Below, piece after piece: positions 52,140 through 64,000 of a stretch of 64,000 nucleotides of DNA. The notes below the pieces were generated by a model. It worked only from the letters and a program-made list of their open reading frames with translations, had not been told where the DNA came from and did no database searches. A program made the translations under genes and the position numbers. Each line of letters begins with the position of its first letter. The stretch's first letter is position 1. This stretch comes from Octopus sinensis (lineage: Eukaryota). The DNA is taken from the NCBI RefSeq assembly GCF_006345805.1, contig NC_042997.1, positions 165,478,001 through 165,542,000 on the forward strand, given 5' to 3'.

Positions 52140-52795
52140 ATGTATGGTGTCTAATTGGTGTCAATTTCTTTTAGTAGGCCTGAAAGAAATGAAGCCAGCG
52201 TACTCCACTAGATGGATAATGTCAGTATGCATATATGACAGAGTGTAAATGAATTGAGAGAAAAATTGGGTATATGTGGCATCACCAGATGTAGTGTGCA
52301 AGAAAGAAGATTGTGCTGGTATGATCATGTGATGCATATGGATGAGGACAGCTGCATCAAGAAGTGCTGATCCTCTAATTGTGGAGGGAACGTGCAGAAG
52401 GAGTAGACCCAGGAAGATGTGGGACAAAGTATTACGAAAGGATCTCCAGACGTTGGGCCTCATAGAGGGGTTGACAAGGGACCAAGACATCTTGCAGTTT
52501 GCTGTGCTTGAGAAGACATATCAAGCTAAGTAAAATTGTGGCTGTCCTTGCATACAGGCATGTCCCCTACATCTCTCTTCAGCTAAGTGATCCTAATCTT
52601 GTGAGTTTATGGGTGCTGGTGCCATATAAAAAGTGCCATGTAGAAGTGTCTGTGCTGGTGCCACAAAAAAGCACCCATACACTCTGAAAAGTGGTTGGAG
52701 TTAGGAAAGGCATCCAGCTGTAGAAACCAGCCAGATCCTGTCAAACTATCCAACCCATGCCAGCATGGAAAAGAGATATTAAATTATAATGATGA
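52140..52795 (+). mobile_element. RTE LINE 3' fragment
   Basis: VEGTCRRSRPRKMWD..DQDILQFAVLEK followed by the shared tail. Confidence 0.82.
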
Positions 52796-53756
52796 TTAAA
52801 TATTATATGGCGTCTTTTCCCTGAAATATCTTTCTCTTGACTATGACATTTAATGATATCTAATGTCTTCTCTTGAGATGATTTTCTTGTAGACAACACT
52901 CCCACAGGAAATGTTTTCTCTCTGACTGATGTATCATTTTAGACTATCTCAAAGACAAGCCTCTGCATGCATTTTGTTTTGATCTTGGTAGCTCGCCCCT
53001 CAGGTATAGATAACAAATCATTTGGACATGTTGAGTTAGACTTGTGTTTTCTTCAGGAGACAATCTACCTCTCATCTATTTAGCACAAATGAATCTGAAA
53101 CTAAATACCAACCTTTAAAAGTCATGTGGGGCTTTGAAACGATTTACATTTATTTGCATTCATTTGAAGTGTAAGTTAATGAAGCTTGAAACTGAGCTCC
53201 CTGTTTCATTGAGAAGTCTTACTATGAAGAGGGAGTTTACTAAATCATGGGTATGGTAGAGGATTTGATGTTATATTGGTGATAGAGAAGTTATAGGGTT
53301 ATAGTCATAAATGTATGTGTAGTCTATTAAAGGTTTTTATCCTTTGTAAGCTTTTCTGTATGTTTCAAAGTTAGAAATCAGTATTTCTAATTGTTATTTT
53401 TTTGTGGATGTACATACGTATTTAGGTAAACATTCTTTGTTTGTGTAAATGTTGTAAATATGAACTTTATACATGTGTATACTTGCATTTGTGTGTGTGT
53501 GTACCATATAGTTATTTCTTTTATTTATTACTATTCATTTTATATCTAAACCAATTACATTGATTATTGGTTTTGTATTAAATTTGAACTTTGTTTCAGC
53601 CAAGGTGCTCATTGCATATCAACATTAAGAAACATAAATTAGTAGGTCTATAACATAGCTATTTCTTCTAGTCTAAAAGAATGAAAGGTCAAATTGACCC
53701 TTGACTGATTTAAACTAAAACCATAAACCGCCAAAATTCTTCAACTGCTTTAGTCA

Positions 53757-53789
<33 letters not shown>

Positions 53790-56700
53790 ATACTCAGTAT
53801 CTTTTGTTGCGAAGTCGGTTGTATTAAGGGTTTGTATTACTGCTTCATAACCATTGGTCCCCTTTTTAATAAATATAACTTAACCCTTAACAGTTACTAA
53901 TCATTTGCTCTTCGCATCTTGTAGTAGTAAGTAGTACTATTGCTCCTGTATTTAGAATGGTTCTTTATCTTTACTTTACAGAATGTTTTCTTATGCTCAA
54001 GGGAAAAACCATTTGCCGATGAGGCAAGCCTGGCATCGCAAACTACTTCCAACCTTTAGCTAATTATTGCTCCGTCCTCTTTCTCTATTTCTTTCAGTTT
54101 GCCTGCCTAAGATCACCCCCTCCTACTCTATTCCTACACTGTTCTCCCTGACTTTCTTGCTGTTTCGTTGCTTAGATTCCATAATAAACACCCAACGCAT
54201 TCCTGCTTAACAGTCTCATATTTTCCTATTAAAAATTACTGCATTCTGTTATAAATAGGGCCTATATACATATATATAATGCCATGCACGCCTGCTTTTC
54301 TACTATAATTTCATAATTTCAAGGGAAAAATTATAAGACACTTTTTACAAATGTAAATATTCTTCGAATGAAATTGAATGACTTCAAGCATGTTCGATTT
54401 TATTTGTATTTCTAAAGCTATAAATCACTGTAAATTTATCTTCCGTTGTTGTTAATTGACAAATACATAGCCCCCAAATCACAGTCAATGTAAATATAAA
54501 CAAAAACAAAACGTTAAAACATTCTTTAAAAAAATAAATGAAGAGGTGTTAATTAGAAAAATATAGAACAGCGCACTAACCATAAGACCTTATTATACTA
54601 AACTGAAAAGCAGGACGTCGCCAATCTGCGAGGGCTTGTAAAGGTTAAAGTACTTTCCCTCGTTCTCCAAGTAACCATTCAGTAAAATTAATACATTTGC
54701 TTTGGTACGCTATAATTTAATTCACCTGCAAGCCTTTCAAGTTGTCTCCCTTAGTTGTCATTTGCCTCCCTTCAGTGTAATTCGGTCTATTGCCGTCATT
54801 TCTAATTATTTTCGCAAGTCAACGGTGTAGTACCTATTAGGTTCCTCATCTCTTAGAAGTGGATTCAAAAAGATTAAAAGCGAAGTCGATTCCGGCGGGA
54901 TTTGGACTTAGAACCCCTGGAAAAAATTCCAAGCAGCATTTCTTCCTTCGCGCTAGTGATTTTGCTAATCAAATGTAGTCCTTGCTGACAGAGATTAAAA
55001 TACGAGGAGGTTTTACGGTTGAAAGGTCTCTGATAATAAATGGGCTTGATCATGTTTGACCTAGAACCAAACAACAGAGGCATAATTAATGATTAGTTTC
55101 TCCACCCCGATTTTATTTCATTATAACAATCTGAAAAATGCATATTTTTATATATGAAATTTTGCGGAGATACGTTTTTGAGATTGTAGATTATAATGCT
55201 GATAAAATTTAGAAAATAATTTTGGTGGAAAGGTCGTTTCAGAGCATTATTCCTCCCTCACCTACAACTTTGTTACCAAACAATACTAATTGCTTTAACA
55301 TTTTCACTTTTTTTTTTTTATCGGATTTATATGTGAAGTATCAACACTACGAAACCTAGTTTCCGAAGGTATTTCCACAGAACGCCTTTGAAAAAATACG
55401 TATTTTAAAGATAATCAAGAAGAAACAAAATCAGTGTGGGGAAAACGATCTGTTAGTTAATGAAAAAAAAATTTTTTTTTTTGACACTCTCCTTCCTAGA
55501 CAGTGGGAAATTACGTAGGGCGCTCCAAAGTGTAATCTCTTCAGATGTGCATGTTCTAAATATAAAAAATTATGAATTTTCCACGAAAAGAAAAGTGGGA
55601 CGAGCTTTTGTCCTTCAGCCTTTTCTGTAAATTTTCATTTTGGCAGTTTTTGAATTGGGCTGCTATTTCTAGGTCACGCGGCCACATAGAGGCTTCTTCT
55701 TTTGCTCTGAACATGGAAAAAAAAAGCATAATTGTATAGTTGTATCCAACAATCGTGACAAGATCATTTGCCTCTTTAATTGCTTTTACTTCAGTTTATT
55801 AGGATCAATAAGTGAGTTTTACTTTGTTCTAAAGTAAGCATAAGAGAAGGAATTGCAGCGGGGAATGGAAATAGAATTGAAAACTGCAAAAATAAAGAAT
55901 TCAAAAAATAAAATTTTAATTACACATATAGGATCGGAAATATTAGTGTTTTATTCACTAATTTTGTTTAATGCATTTCACCAAAACTTCCGTCACCAAA
56001 CTTTTAATCATAACAGAATTGAGAATGTAGAAATTACGTAACTGACCCAGTTGATTAATTTCCGTCGTCATTATCAAAATACAAACAAATACTCACTTTC
56101 GCTCTGACAGTGAGATGACAACTATCTCTCTCGGTTGAAATGTTATGTCTGTGTTGGGCTTGTAATAGGCAGTGCACTGAATAACCCTGTCCCTACTTTA
56201 CCCGACCACAAAGTAGCTATGGTCACCTGGTAATTTTCATTGAACTTATCAGTTTTCCATGACATTTGACATGAGAAAGTTTGAATTAACATATATTGAA
56301 GGTATAGCTCCTACAGCAAAATAAATGTCTTTGTTATAGCTTCGTATAAAAACAAATAGATGAGCCGTTAGATCTGCTGTAAATATATCCAAGTTTCATG
56401 ACAACATGCCTTGAAACTTCTGCAGATGCTTTCTTTCTTTGTAGCATCACTAAGATTCTCCTTCAAATTGATTAATAATTTATGTGTAGGTCTTAAGTGA
56501 AATGGAAAATAGAAATAACAGAATGTAATTAGTTTCTGTATAACGAGTAACAAGACTATGTTCATGTGTGTGTGTGTGTATATATATATATACACATACA
56601 TACACACATGCAAGTGTGTACACCTATTCATGTATATGCACATGCATACAGACATGGACACAGACATACACACACACTCACACACATGATGGTGGAGGTG

Positions 56701-57807
56701 GTATATCTCTTTCATTCAGTGGTGAAGGTTCAGCTGTTTGATCCACTGAACTTCTTGCTCTTGAATTATCATGTAAGTGGTTAAGCATTCCACAGAAACA
56801 TGTACCCTTAATGTAATTCTCAGGCAAAATCACTGTGACACAATTTAAAGCAAGGCTGTACTTTTTGAATTACAGCTAAAACTTTTGAATAATTTGAGTG
56901 AAGCTGTAATATATTGAATTAATTAAGGCTTATATTTTTTTCTGATACTAACTCAGTCACTACTAACCCCCTCATTCCTCCACCTCTTGTTAACCTTATC
57001 GCATCTAAATCCACCAGCTCCACACAAACCGCTATGTCCAGGCTTTACTCTCCAAAATATCAGTCCTTTGGAATCTCACCCTTGCTCTTGAGTTTCCTGC
57101 ACGTATTGAGCTGCAACAGTTTACATCGAACGTTAAAAGCATAAAGCTTGCCTGTCTTAGATGGCCTGCTGAGATCATGAACATTTGTCCTCAGACTCAG
57201 TAACTAAAAACCACACACAAAAAAAGTTTTAAACAGATCTCTTATCAAATTTTTTTCCAAATTATTGATAAAATTTTCACTTCCTCATAATAAATTTTCT
57301 AGCAATATAATTTTCAATTTACTTAATTAAATAGCTATTCTCTTTCAATATGACCATTTTAGATATAACGCTGAAATATTATTGTAAAATTCCCATCTTT
57401 TACAACTAAACTATATAGTCTATTCTTATATGTCTTTACCCATTATTATTTTAATTTATAACTTTTCTCTTACAGGTTATACTGTTTATTTTCAGTAAGG
57501 ACCAAAGGAATTTGCAACCAAGGTTTTCAGTTTTTTTCTTTATTATTTCTTTACTTATTTGTAACAGATGTTTTTTTGTTTTTATCAATCATATATCAAT
57601 CTATTCTGGAATATGAGGACATTGTTTTTATATAATATTTCAAAACATATACCACCAGGACATAACAGCTTACCACAACCCAAGGAATATATTTTTCACA
57701 ACAGAACTCCATAAAATATAAAAATAATGCTTAGAGTAACAACATTTGTTTACATGAGAAATAATATAGTGCAATTTAAGCCTCAAAAAAATTCTCAGAC
57801 AAATCAA

Positions 57808-57956
57808 CTTTAATAATATTCTGAGTTCAAATCCTGCCGTTATCTACTTCACTTTTTGATAAGTCTGAGTATTATACTGGTGTCTAGTATAATACTCAGA
57901 CTTATCAAAAAGTGAAGTAGATAACGGCAGGATTTGAACTCAGAATATTATTAAAG
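57808..57956. repeat. Perfect palindrome with 71-bp arms and a 7-nt loop, derived from a family-2 SINE fragment
   Basis: 57808-57878 is the exact reverse complement of 57886-57956; the loop is ggtgtct. Confidence 0.96.
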
Positions 57957-58164
57957 AATGAGAATCTAAGCCATTAGTGTGGTGTCACCCCCCCTCCCCC
58001 CATCTTGTTACTCTATTAACTTTTTAACAACTTTCGTAAAATGTTTCTTTGCCATTAGGAGAGATGAGCTATGAGTTTCGAGTAAGGCCAAACAATCAGA
58101 TGTCAATTAGTCTTCTTAAGCTTAAAAATTATAGAGGAAAAACAAAAGAATGTTTTGGATATAT

Positions 58165-58378
58165 TACACATTTTGTTACTCATATTTCTGTTGAAATACA
58201 GACTTTGTTTCTAATTAATTCTAGAAATAATGAAGAATTTGTTATAACTTCGTCATTATTAAGCTGGTGTTTGGAACTTATATTAACATGGAATTTTGGA
58301 AGAAATTTAGATCACTTTAGAACAGGAAATTTGTATTATAGAAGTAAGGGTGGTCACAGGTTGTTGGTATCAAAAAGG
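58165..58378 (-). mobile_element. piggyBac-type MITE (same family as 24742)
   Basis: Shares gttcc.aacac.agcttaat.at.ac.aagtt and ends at aagg|ttaa. Confidence 0.6.
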
Positions 58379-59336
58379 TTAAATCAAATTCTAAGATTTC
58401 GAGACTCCAAGAAAGAATGCCCTTGTGTTTTGAAAATATGATACTCAAAATGAAGTATATAGTATTTAAAACCATATCCACATGCATACACACAAAGACA
58501 GACTAGTTTAGTGTCTGGTAAAAATGATGGGTTTTATTTCTATCTCATTGTATTTTTTAATGTTTTTCTTCGAAGCTTTGTTCCATTTTCCTGTTTTGTG
58601 TGTGTGTGTATCTGTTTCACTCTCTTATTTTCTTTTAGTGAAATTCTGCCTCTACCTCTTCTCTTTATTTCGCATTGTCTCCCCTCCTTCATTTTGATAT
58701 CATACATATATTTTTCTTGCTCTCTCTCTCTCTCTCTTCTTAACCCTAACATTCACCCATTCTATATCTCTTATTCATTACACCTCAAATTCCCTCTTTC
58801 TAATGAGCTTATCTTAATTCTGCTTCTCCCTATTTATTTCTTCCACCCTTTCACTGACTGTTCACTCCACTATTATGTGTCTGCTGACAATTTCTCTTTC
58901 CTCAACCTACTCTCTAAATAATATCTTACCTATCTATTTGTCTATTCTACTTCCCTCCATTTATTTCTCTCTCTTCCACTTCTCTCAACACAGCCACTGA
59001 TTTCCCCCTGCATTACTGAGAGAGGGTAACCCACAAACAAAAAAACACATATGACTTTAGGGTTTTTATGTACTAAGACATAAAAATGCATAAAAATCAG
59101 TACTTGAAGAAAAATAATAGTACTCTATATCTCCAAAAATTATATAGCAAAGTTCATTATTTTGACTCGTTTGTATGCCATAGGGCTAAATTTGTATTTG
59201 CTGGAGATGCATATTAATTAATTATTGCACCCTTAGTTTGGGGTTGTCAAAATATGTATTTGTAGTTGACTCGCAGATAGGTTGCATTATAATTTGGTGG
59301 GTTACATCGCCCTTTTTTAATGTAAATATAACTAAT

Positions 59337-59730
59337 GCCATGGCTGTGTGATAAGAAGCTTGCTTCCCAACCACATGGTTCTGGGTTCAGTCCCACTGTG
59401 TGGCACCTCAAGCAAGTGTCTTCTACTATAGCTTCTGGCCAACCAAAGCCTTGTGAGTGGATTTGGTAGATGGAAACTGAAAAAAAGCCCATCGCATATA
59501 TATATGTAAATATTTGTGCGTCTGTGTTTGTCCCCCACTACGACCACCACTATTGCTTGACAACCGATGCTGGTGTGTTTATGTTCCCATAACTTAGCGG
59601 TTCAGCAAAAGTGACTGATAGAATAAGTACTAGGCTTACAAAGAATAAGTCCTGGGAGCAATATCTTCGACTAATGGTGATGCTCCAGCATGGCCACAGT
59701 CAAATGACTGAAGCAAGTAAAAGAAAGCAA
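59337..59730 (+). mobile_element. Full-length CORE-type tRNA SINE
   Basis: Same family as 45790 and 47372, with many CpG-to-TpG/CpA differences. Confidence 0.9.
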
Positions 59731-60261
59731 TAAGAATTTGAATCTATGTTGTCAAAAAGACAATACTCAAACTTCCAGTTTCTACGTTCTAGTAAACAGA
59801 TGTCAAAAAAAATGTTTCCATAGCAACTTGGAAACTGAAAAGCCCAGGCCCAGGGTACGCACCTGGACTACTGAGACGCCACTGTCTACTTCAGATCCCT
59901 GAGATGTTTGCACCTCTGATTTTTATTGAAATTTTTGATTAAAAAATGTGTGACCTATCTGCGAGTATATACGGTATGTCTAGTAAACATACATTTAGCC
60001 TTGGTCTGCAAATAAATCTCATCATTAAGCCACTGCGCCCCTCTCTGCAGAAAGAACAGAGAAACAACTTGACTAGTTTCACCTGGTTATTATTACTGAT
60101 TCATTAAAAGTATTTACTTCACTTGTCATTCAGAGTGAGAGATAGGTGCTAGTTTACAACTACCTACCAGAAAGGTGATAAGCAGCACTCTATTTACAAA
60201 TTTTCATACAAGTACGTTCGTTGGGAATGAATATTAATTAGCTACAGTACTGAGACAGTAT

Positions 60262-60485
60262 AGCTGGCAGAATCGTTAGCATGCCGGGCGAAATGCTTAG
60301 CAGTATTTTGTCTGCCGCTATGTTCTGAGTTCAAATTCTGCTGAGGTCGACTTTGCCTTTCATCCTTTCGGGATCAATCAAATAAGTACCAGTTACACAC
60401 TGGGGTCGATGTAATCGACTTAATCCATTTGTCTGTCCTTGTTTATTCCCTCTATGTGTAATCCCTTGTGGGCAGTAAAGAAATA
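60262..60485 (+). mobile_element. tRNA-head SINE, family 2
   Basis: agctggcagaatcgttagc..ttctgagttcaaattctgctgaggtcgactttgcctttcatcctttcggg..aagtaccagt..ctggggtcgatgtaatcgac. Confidence 0.8.
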
Positions 60486-60879
60486 AGTGTGTTTATACAC
60501 AGCAAAATAGTTACTGCATTGTGAACATTGTTGCACCTGATCCTGATTTGATACAGTGGTTGTGTGGCTCCTAGGGCCATCATTGTTGATGGAAATGATA
60601 CTGTGAAAAAACTCACAATATTACTGTTTTTTAGCATAGGAGATTGTTTGCTGGCTGTAGCAATAGGTTATGAAGTTCACACAAGTCCCAGCTCATCAGA
60701 ACTTATTGGGATGCTGTCACTGAGTATGAGAGAGGTCATTTTGCAGTAGCTTGTACATTCATTCCTGCACATAGTTTATTTCAAATAGATATACAAATAT
60801 CCAACAAATGTATTCAATAAAGAAAAAATATATGTATGTAGTTATTCTTCTGTCTATTTAAGCCAGTATGGTATGGCCC

Positions 60880-61250
60880 TGCTAGGTCACTGTCATTGGT
60901 ATTTAGTGACTGATGTAGCTTGAGAATGCTTTTTTAGCATATTTTGTTGCTTTTGGAATTCATGTAGGATCTGATGCAACAAAATGTCTAAGTGTTGTTT
61001 GTGTTGACATCTATTCCATGTACACTTTTTAAGAGGCACTTGCCAAGCTACATCAAGATGGTCAAACTGGGTAGCTGTATAAAATGTATAGAATCTATGG
61101 TATTGTGTTTTGCAGTTTTTAACCATTGCAATATGTACAGCCGAAGGAACACAGATGTATTTTTGTTTCAAACTTATTTTAGCTGCTTTATTCACTTTTT
61201 TCATTACCATGGAACAAAGTTCCGAAGTTGTTTGCTGTTCCATTAGATTT
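60880..61250 (-). mobile_element. pogo/Tigger-like DDE transposase remnant
   Basis: QQTTSELCSMVMKKVNKAAK..LDVAWQVP..KC resembles P.NTTS.LQPMDQG.IK..K and L..AW..V....I..CF. Confidence 0.45.
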
Positions 61251-61412
61251 AATTGGTTGCATTTCTAACAAAAATATAGATTATTTTATATATGATCGCA
61301 TAAAACTATTCATTACCTTGAAAATGTTTATACAAAATGTCATTTTCTATTTTTATTTTTTGCCTTTTGAATTACATAATTTGCTCATGGTTTATTGTTG
61401 TTTCTATTCTAG

Positions 61413-64000
61413 GGTAGTGATTCAAGTTTCAACTCAATTACCTGAGTCTCGGTCATGCTCACCATATTTCCGAAAGGACCCAAATGATATCATTCAACAA
61501 GAATGCGGATCAGATCAATTAGCAATATCTAATTTCAAAGCTATATTACCTCCAGGACAAAACAATATATATATGGCATCATCCTCACCTAAATCGAACA
61601 ATCAGAAGGTATCTTCTATTTCTCCCCCCTATCCTGTTTTATTGGGACACCCAAGTTATTCATCTCTAAAATCTCAGCCACAAGGCAATAAACTACTGAC
61701 TCTGTCTTCAAAAGCACCATCTCCTGGCTCCATTAATTCTTCATCACACAGTATTTCTCCTGTAAGAAATCCGTCTCCTGTTCAGCTTCAGCTTGTTACC
61801 AATAATAATAATTTATCATCATGTGAAAATGTTGCTTATGGTAACAATGTTTTGCAACTAAAACGAACACAATCTCCTGCCCTGATTCAAACACTTCTGC
61901 AAAATCGAGATCCTTCTCCAAATCAAAGACTGTCATCAACAATAGTAAATGTTGCACCTGAAGGATTTCAACAAAAAATCTTAGTAACACCATCTGTATC
62001 ACCAAACAGAGTTGTTGGTACAGATCAATCATGTGAAGGATCTTCTACTATATTAATAACGGCCGATCCCAATCCTATTATTAATAAAGTAACACAACCT
62101 CAAGTGACATATGTGAAAACCACCCCAATTGCTGTATCATCACCTGAGCCATCTCGCACTACACCAGTCACATATTCACAAATGCAACCAACTACCCAAG
62201 TGTTTTATATGAAATCAACATCTCCAAATATGCCTCAACTTTCATCTCAGTTACAAGTACAACCATTTCAAGGTATGCAAATTAAACAAGACCAACTTAT
62301 TCTTAATTCAATAATTGTTAATAAGTCACAGACCACAACAGAAAAAGATGTAACATCATTACAAGGCTCACAGCCATTACTTTTATCTGTTCCCAAATCA
62401 ACTGAACAAGAACAAACCATTCTGGGTAATGAATTAGAATTTCGGCAGCCAATTTATAATTCTTCATTAACTACATCTCAGCCTGCAACTTCTTCACTAC
62501 CATCTTTGGATCGATTGACTCTACCAACTTGTCACTCAAACGAAGATAAAACATTGTCAACAACTGTACAATCTGTATCTGCTATTTCACAGGCACCTAT
62601 ATTAGCTCAAAGACTTGCTGCTCCTTCTGTTAATAATACCATATTTTCTAGTCAACTAACTTCTTCTAGGTTAGTCTTACCTTCTAGTGGTTCAGCAGTA
62701 CTACCAACGGGTTTGGCAAATACTCCCAACATCCAGTTGATACCAACATCAACTAACTTAACGAATAATTCATCCCAGTTAAACATATTATCTGTTCAGA
62801 ATAATAGACTTTCTGCTCTATCATCTTCAGAAAACTCATCTTTTTTGCAACATGTATCACCCACTCAGATTTCTTCCATGGAGAATGAGCCTAGAGGTAA
62901 GTTTTTGGTTTCAAATGCACCACTAAATGTTCAGCCTGCAATGGTTACCTCAAACCCACAGTTAGCACCATCTATCACAGAACGTTTGCCTGTTAGTAAT
63001 GCTTCTATGACTGGCAACACAGGTCTTATGGCTTCACAGTTGCACCCAACATTTGTTGACAGACTGTCAATGACAAACAAAGATAATGCTGTCACATATT
63101 CCACAGTTGTTGTTACAACTCCACAGTTTATTACAGCTCCTGCAAATACCATGAGAAGTGATTTGACTAATGTCTCAGCTGTAAAAAGTATTCTTGCTGC
63201 CCAGAATATATCTTCTAATTTAAATCCAGCTGCAAATAATTCTATCTTTAAAATTATTGCGCCACCAGTTGGAGTTAGTCAACAACCATCAACACAAGCT
63301 CCAAAATTAGTTTTAACTGAACCACCTGAGTCATCACTCCTTAACTCTTCACTAAATCAAAGATTTCAAGGTAATCAAACAGCCATGTTACTTAATACAA
63401 ATAACTCTGGCCAGCATAATTTTGCACAAATTAAAGATAATATGCAACCTCAGATCATCTCACTTAATCCTGTTTCTTTTGAAATACCAGCTGAGTCATT
63501 TAGATTCATTGAAATGCAAGGTCAGCCATTAAAAACAACGTCAAGTAATATAATAAATAATACTGTGACTAACAACATTTCTGTTGATAAACCAATAAAT
63601 ATTGTTACTAGAACGGACTCTGGCAATGTAATGAACCCTTCAAATATTTTTGTTGTGTCTTCTGCCTCAGAAACGTCAGTGCAGTCATCAAACAGTGTTA
63701 GCACCAAGTCAAATGAGAATATAAATTCTGAACTCCAATCCACATCTAAGTTGCCACCTTTGGAAAATAAATTATATGTTGAAGAGAACAATCCTTCTGT
63801 TACTCAAAAAGAAACTGCTTTTTCTTTCCGTGCATTACCATTGAAAGATCCCCCAGCTGAACCTGTGAAACCAAAACGCCCTGTTAGGAAAAAAAATGAT
63901 GATGATGTCAATCCATTTTTTGCTCATTTACGTGTTTCTTCAGCATCTCTTTCAAACCAAGGAGGTTTACCTCCTTTTAACACGCTTCAGACTACAAGTG
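61413..64000 (+). CDS. Large coding exon (>860 codons, open at the window end) of an S/T/P/Q/N-rich, probably disordered protein
   Basis: Acceptor tttctattctag|G, then an uninterrupted frame (VVIQVSTQLPESRSCSPYFRKDP...KPKRPVRKKNDDD...LQTTS). An in-frame ATG also lies at 61387. No recognisable domain in the visible part. Confidence 0.9.

Noticed and set aside
58049-58441. 130-aa plus-strand ORF
   Set aside because: It overlaps a piggyBac-type MITE; chance open frame.
60262-60345. tRNA-like A/B boxes here and at other SINE heads
   Set aside because: They do not form a full cloverleaf and continue into SINE bodies, so they are not tRNA genes.
61796-63791. Minus-strand ORFs 61796..62032, 62931..63152 and 63522..63791
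   Set aside because: They are antisense shadows of the long plus-strand exon.

Overview
AT-rich, microsatellite-dense eukaryotic DNA; the SINE/LINE families and repeat load suggest an octopus (cephalopod) genome, which is an inference. Most of the window is transposon debris: R4/Dong, HERO/NeSL-like, RTE, Penelope-like, CR1-like and L1/Tx1-like retroelements; mariner, pogo, piggyBac, hAT and Helitron remnants or MITEs; and several tRNA-derived SINE families. The only well-supported host coding sequence is a stop-free frame from 61413 to the window end (>860 codons, S/T/P/Q/N-rich). The ORF track misses it because it has no stop in the window. A candidate first exon at 18035-18108 is phase-compatible with it. 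The most interesting structures are: (i) several dispersed minimal type-I hammerhead-ribozyme-like motifs, one just 3' of a Penelope GIY-YIG ORF, one with a near-intact core and one preceded by a long branched hairpin; (ii) an ~820 bp nested foldback palindrome between TA microsatellites; (iii) a perfect 71-bp-arm hairpin built from a decayed SINE; (iv) a C4HC3 PHD finger inside an RTE reverse transcriptase; (v) a young ~705 bp tandem duplication beside an inverted duplication. No rRNA, true tRNA genes or CRISPR arrays were seen. Coordinates of degraded elements are approximate and were read by eye.
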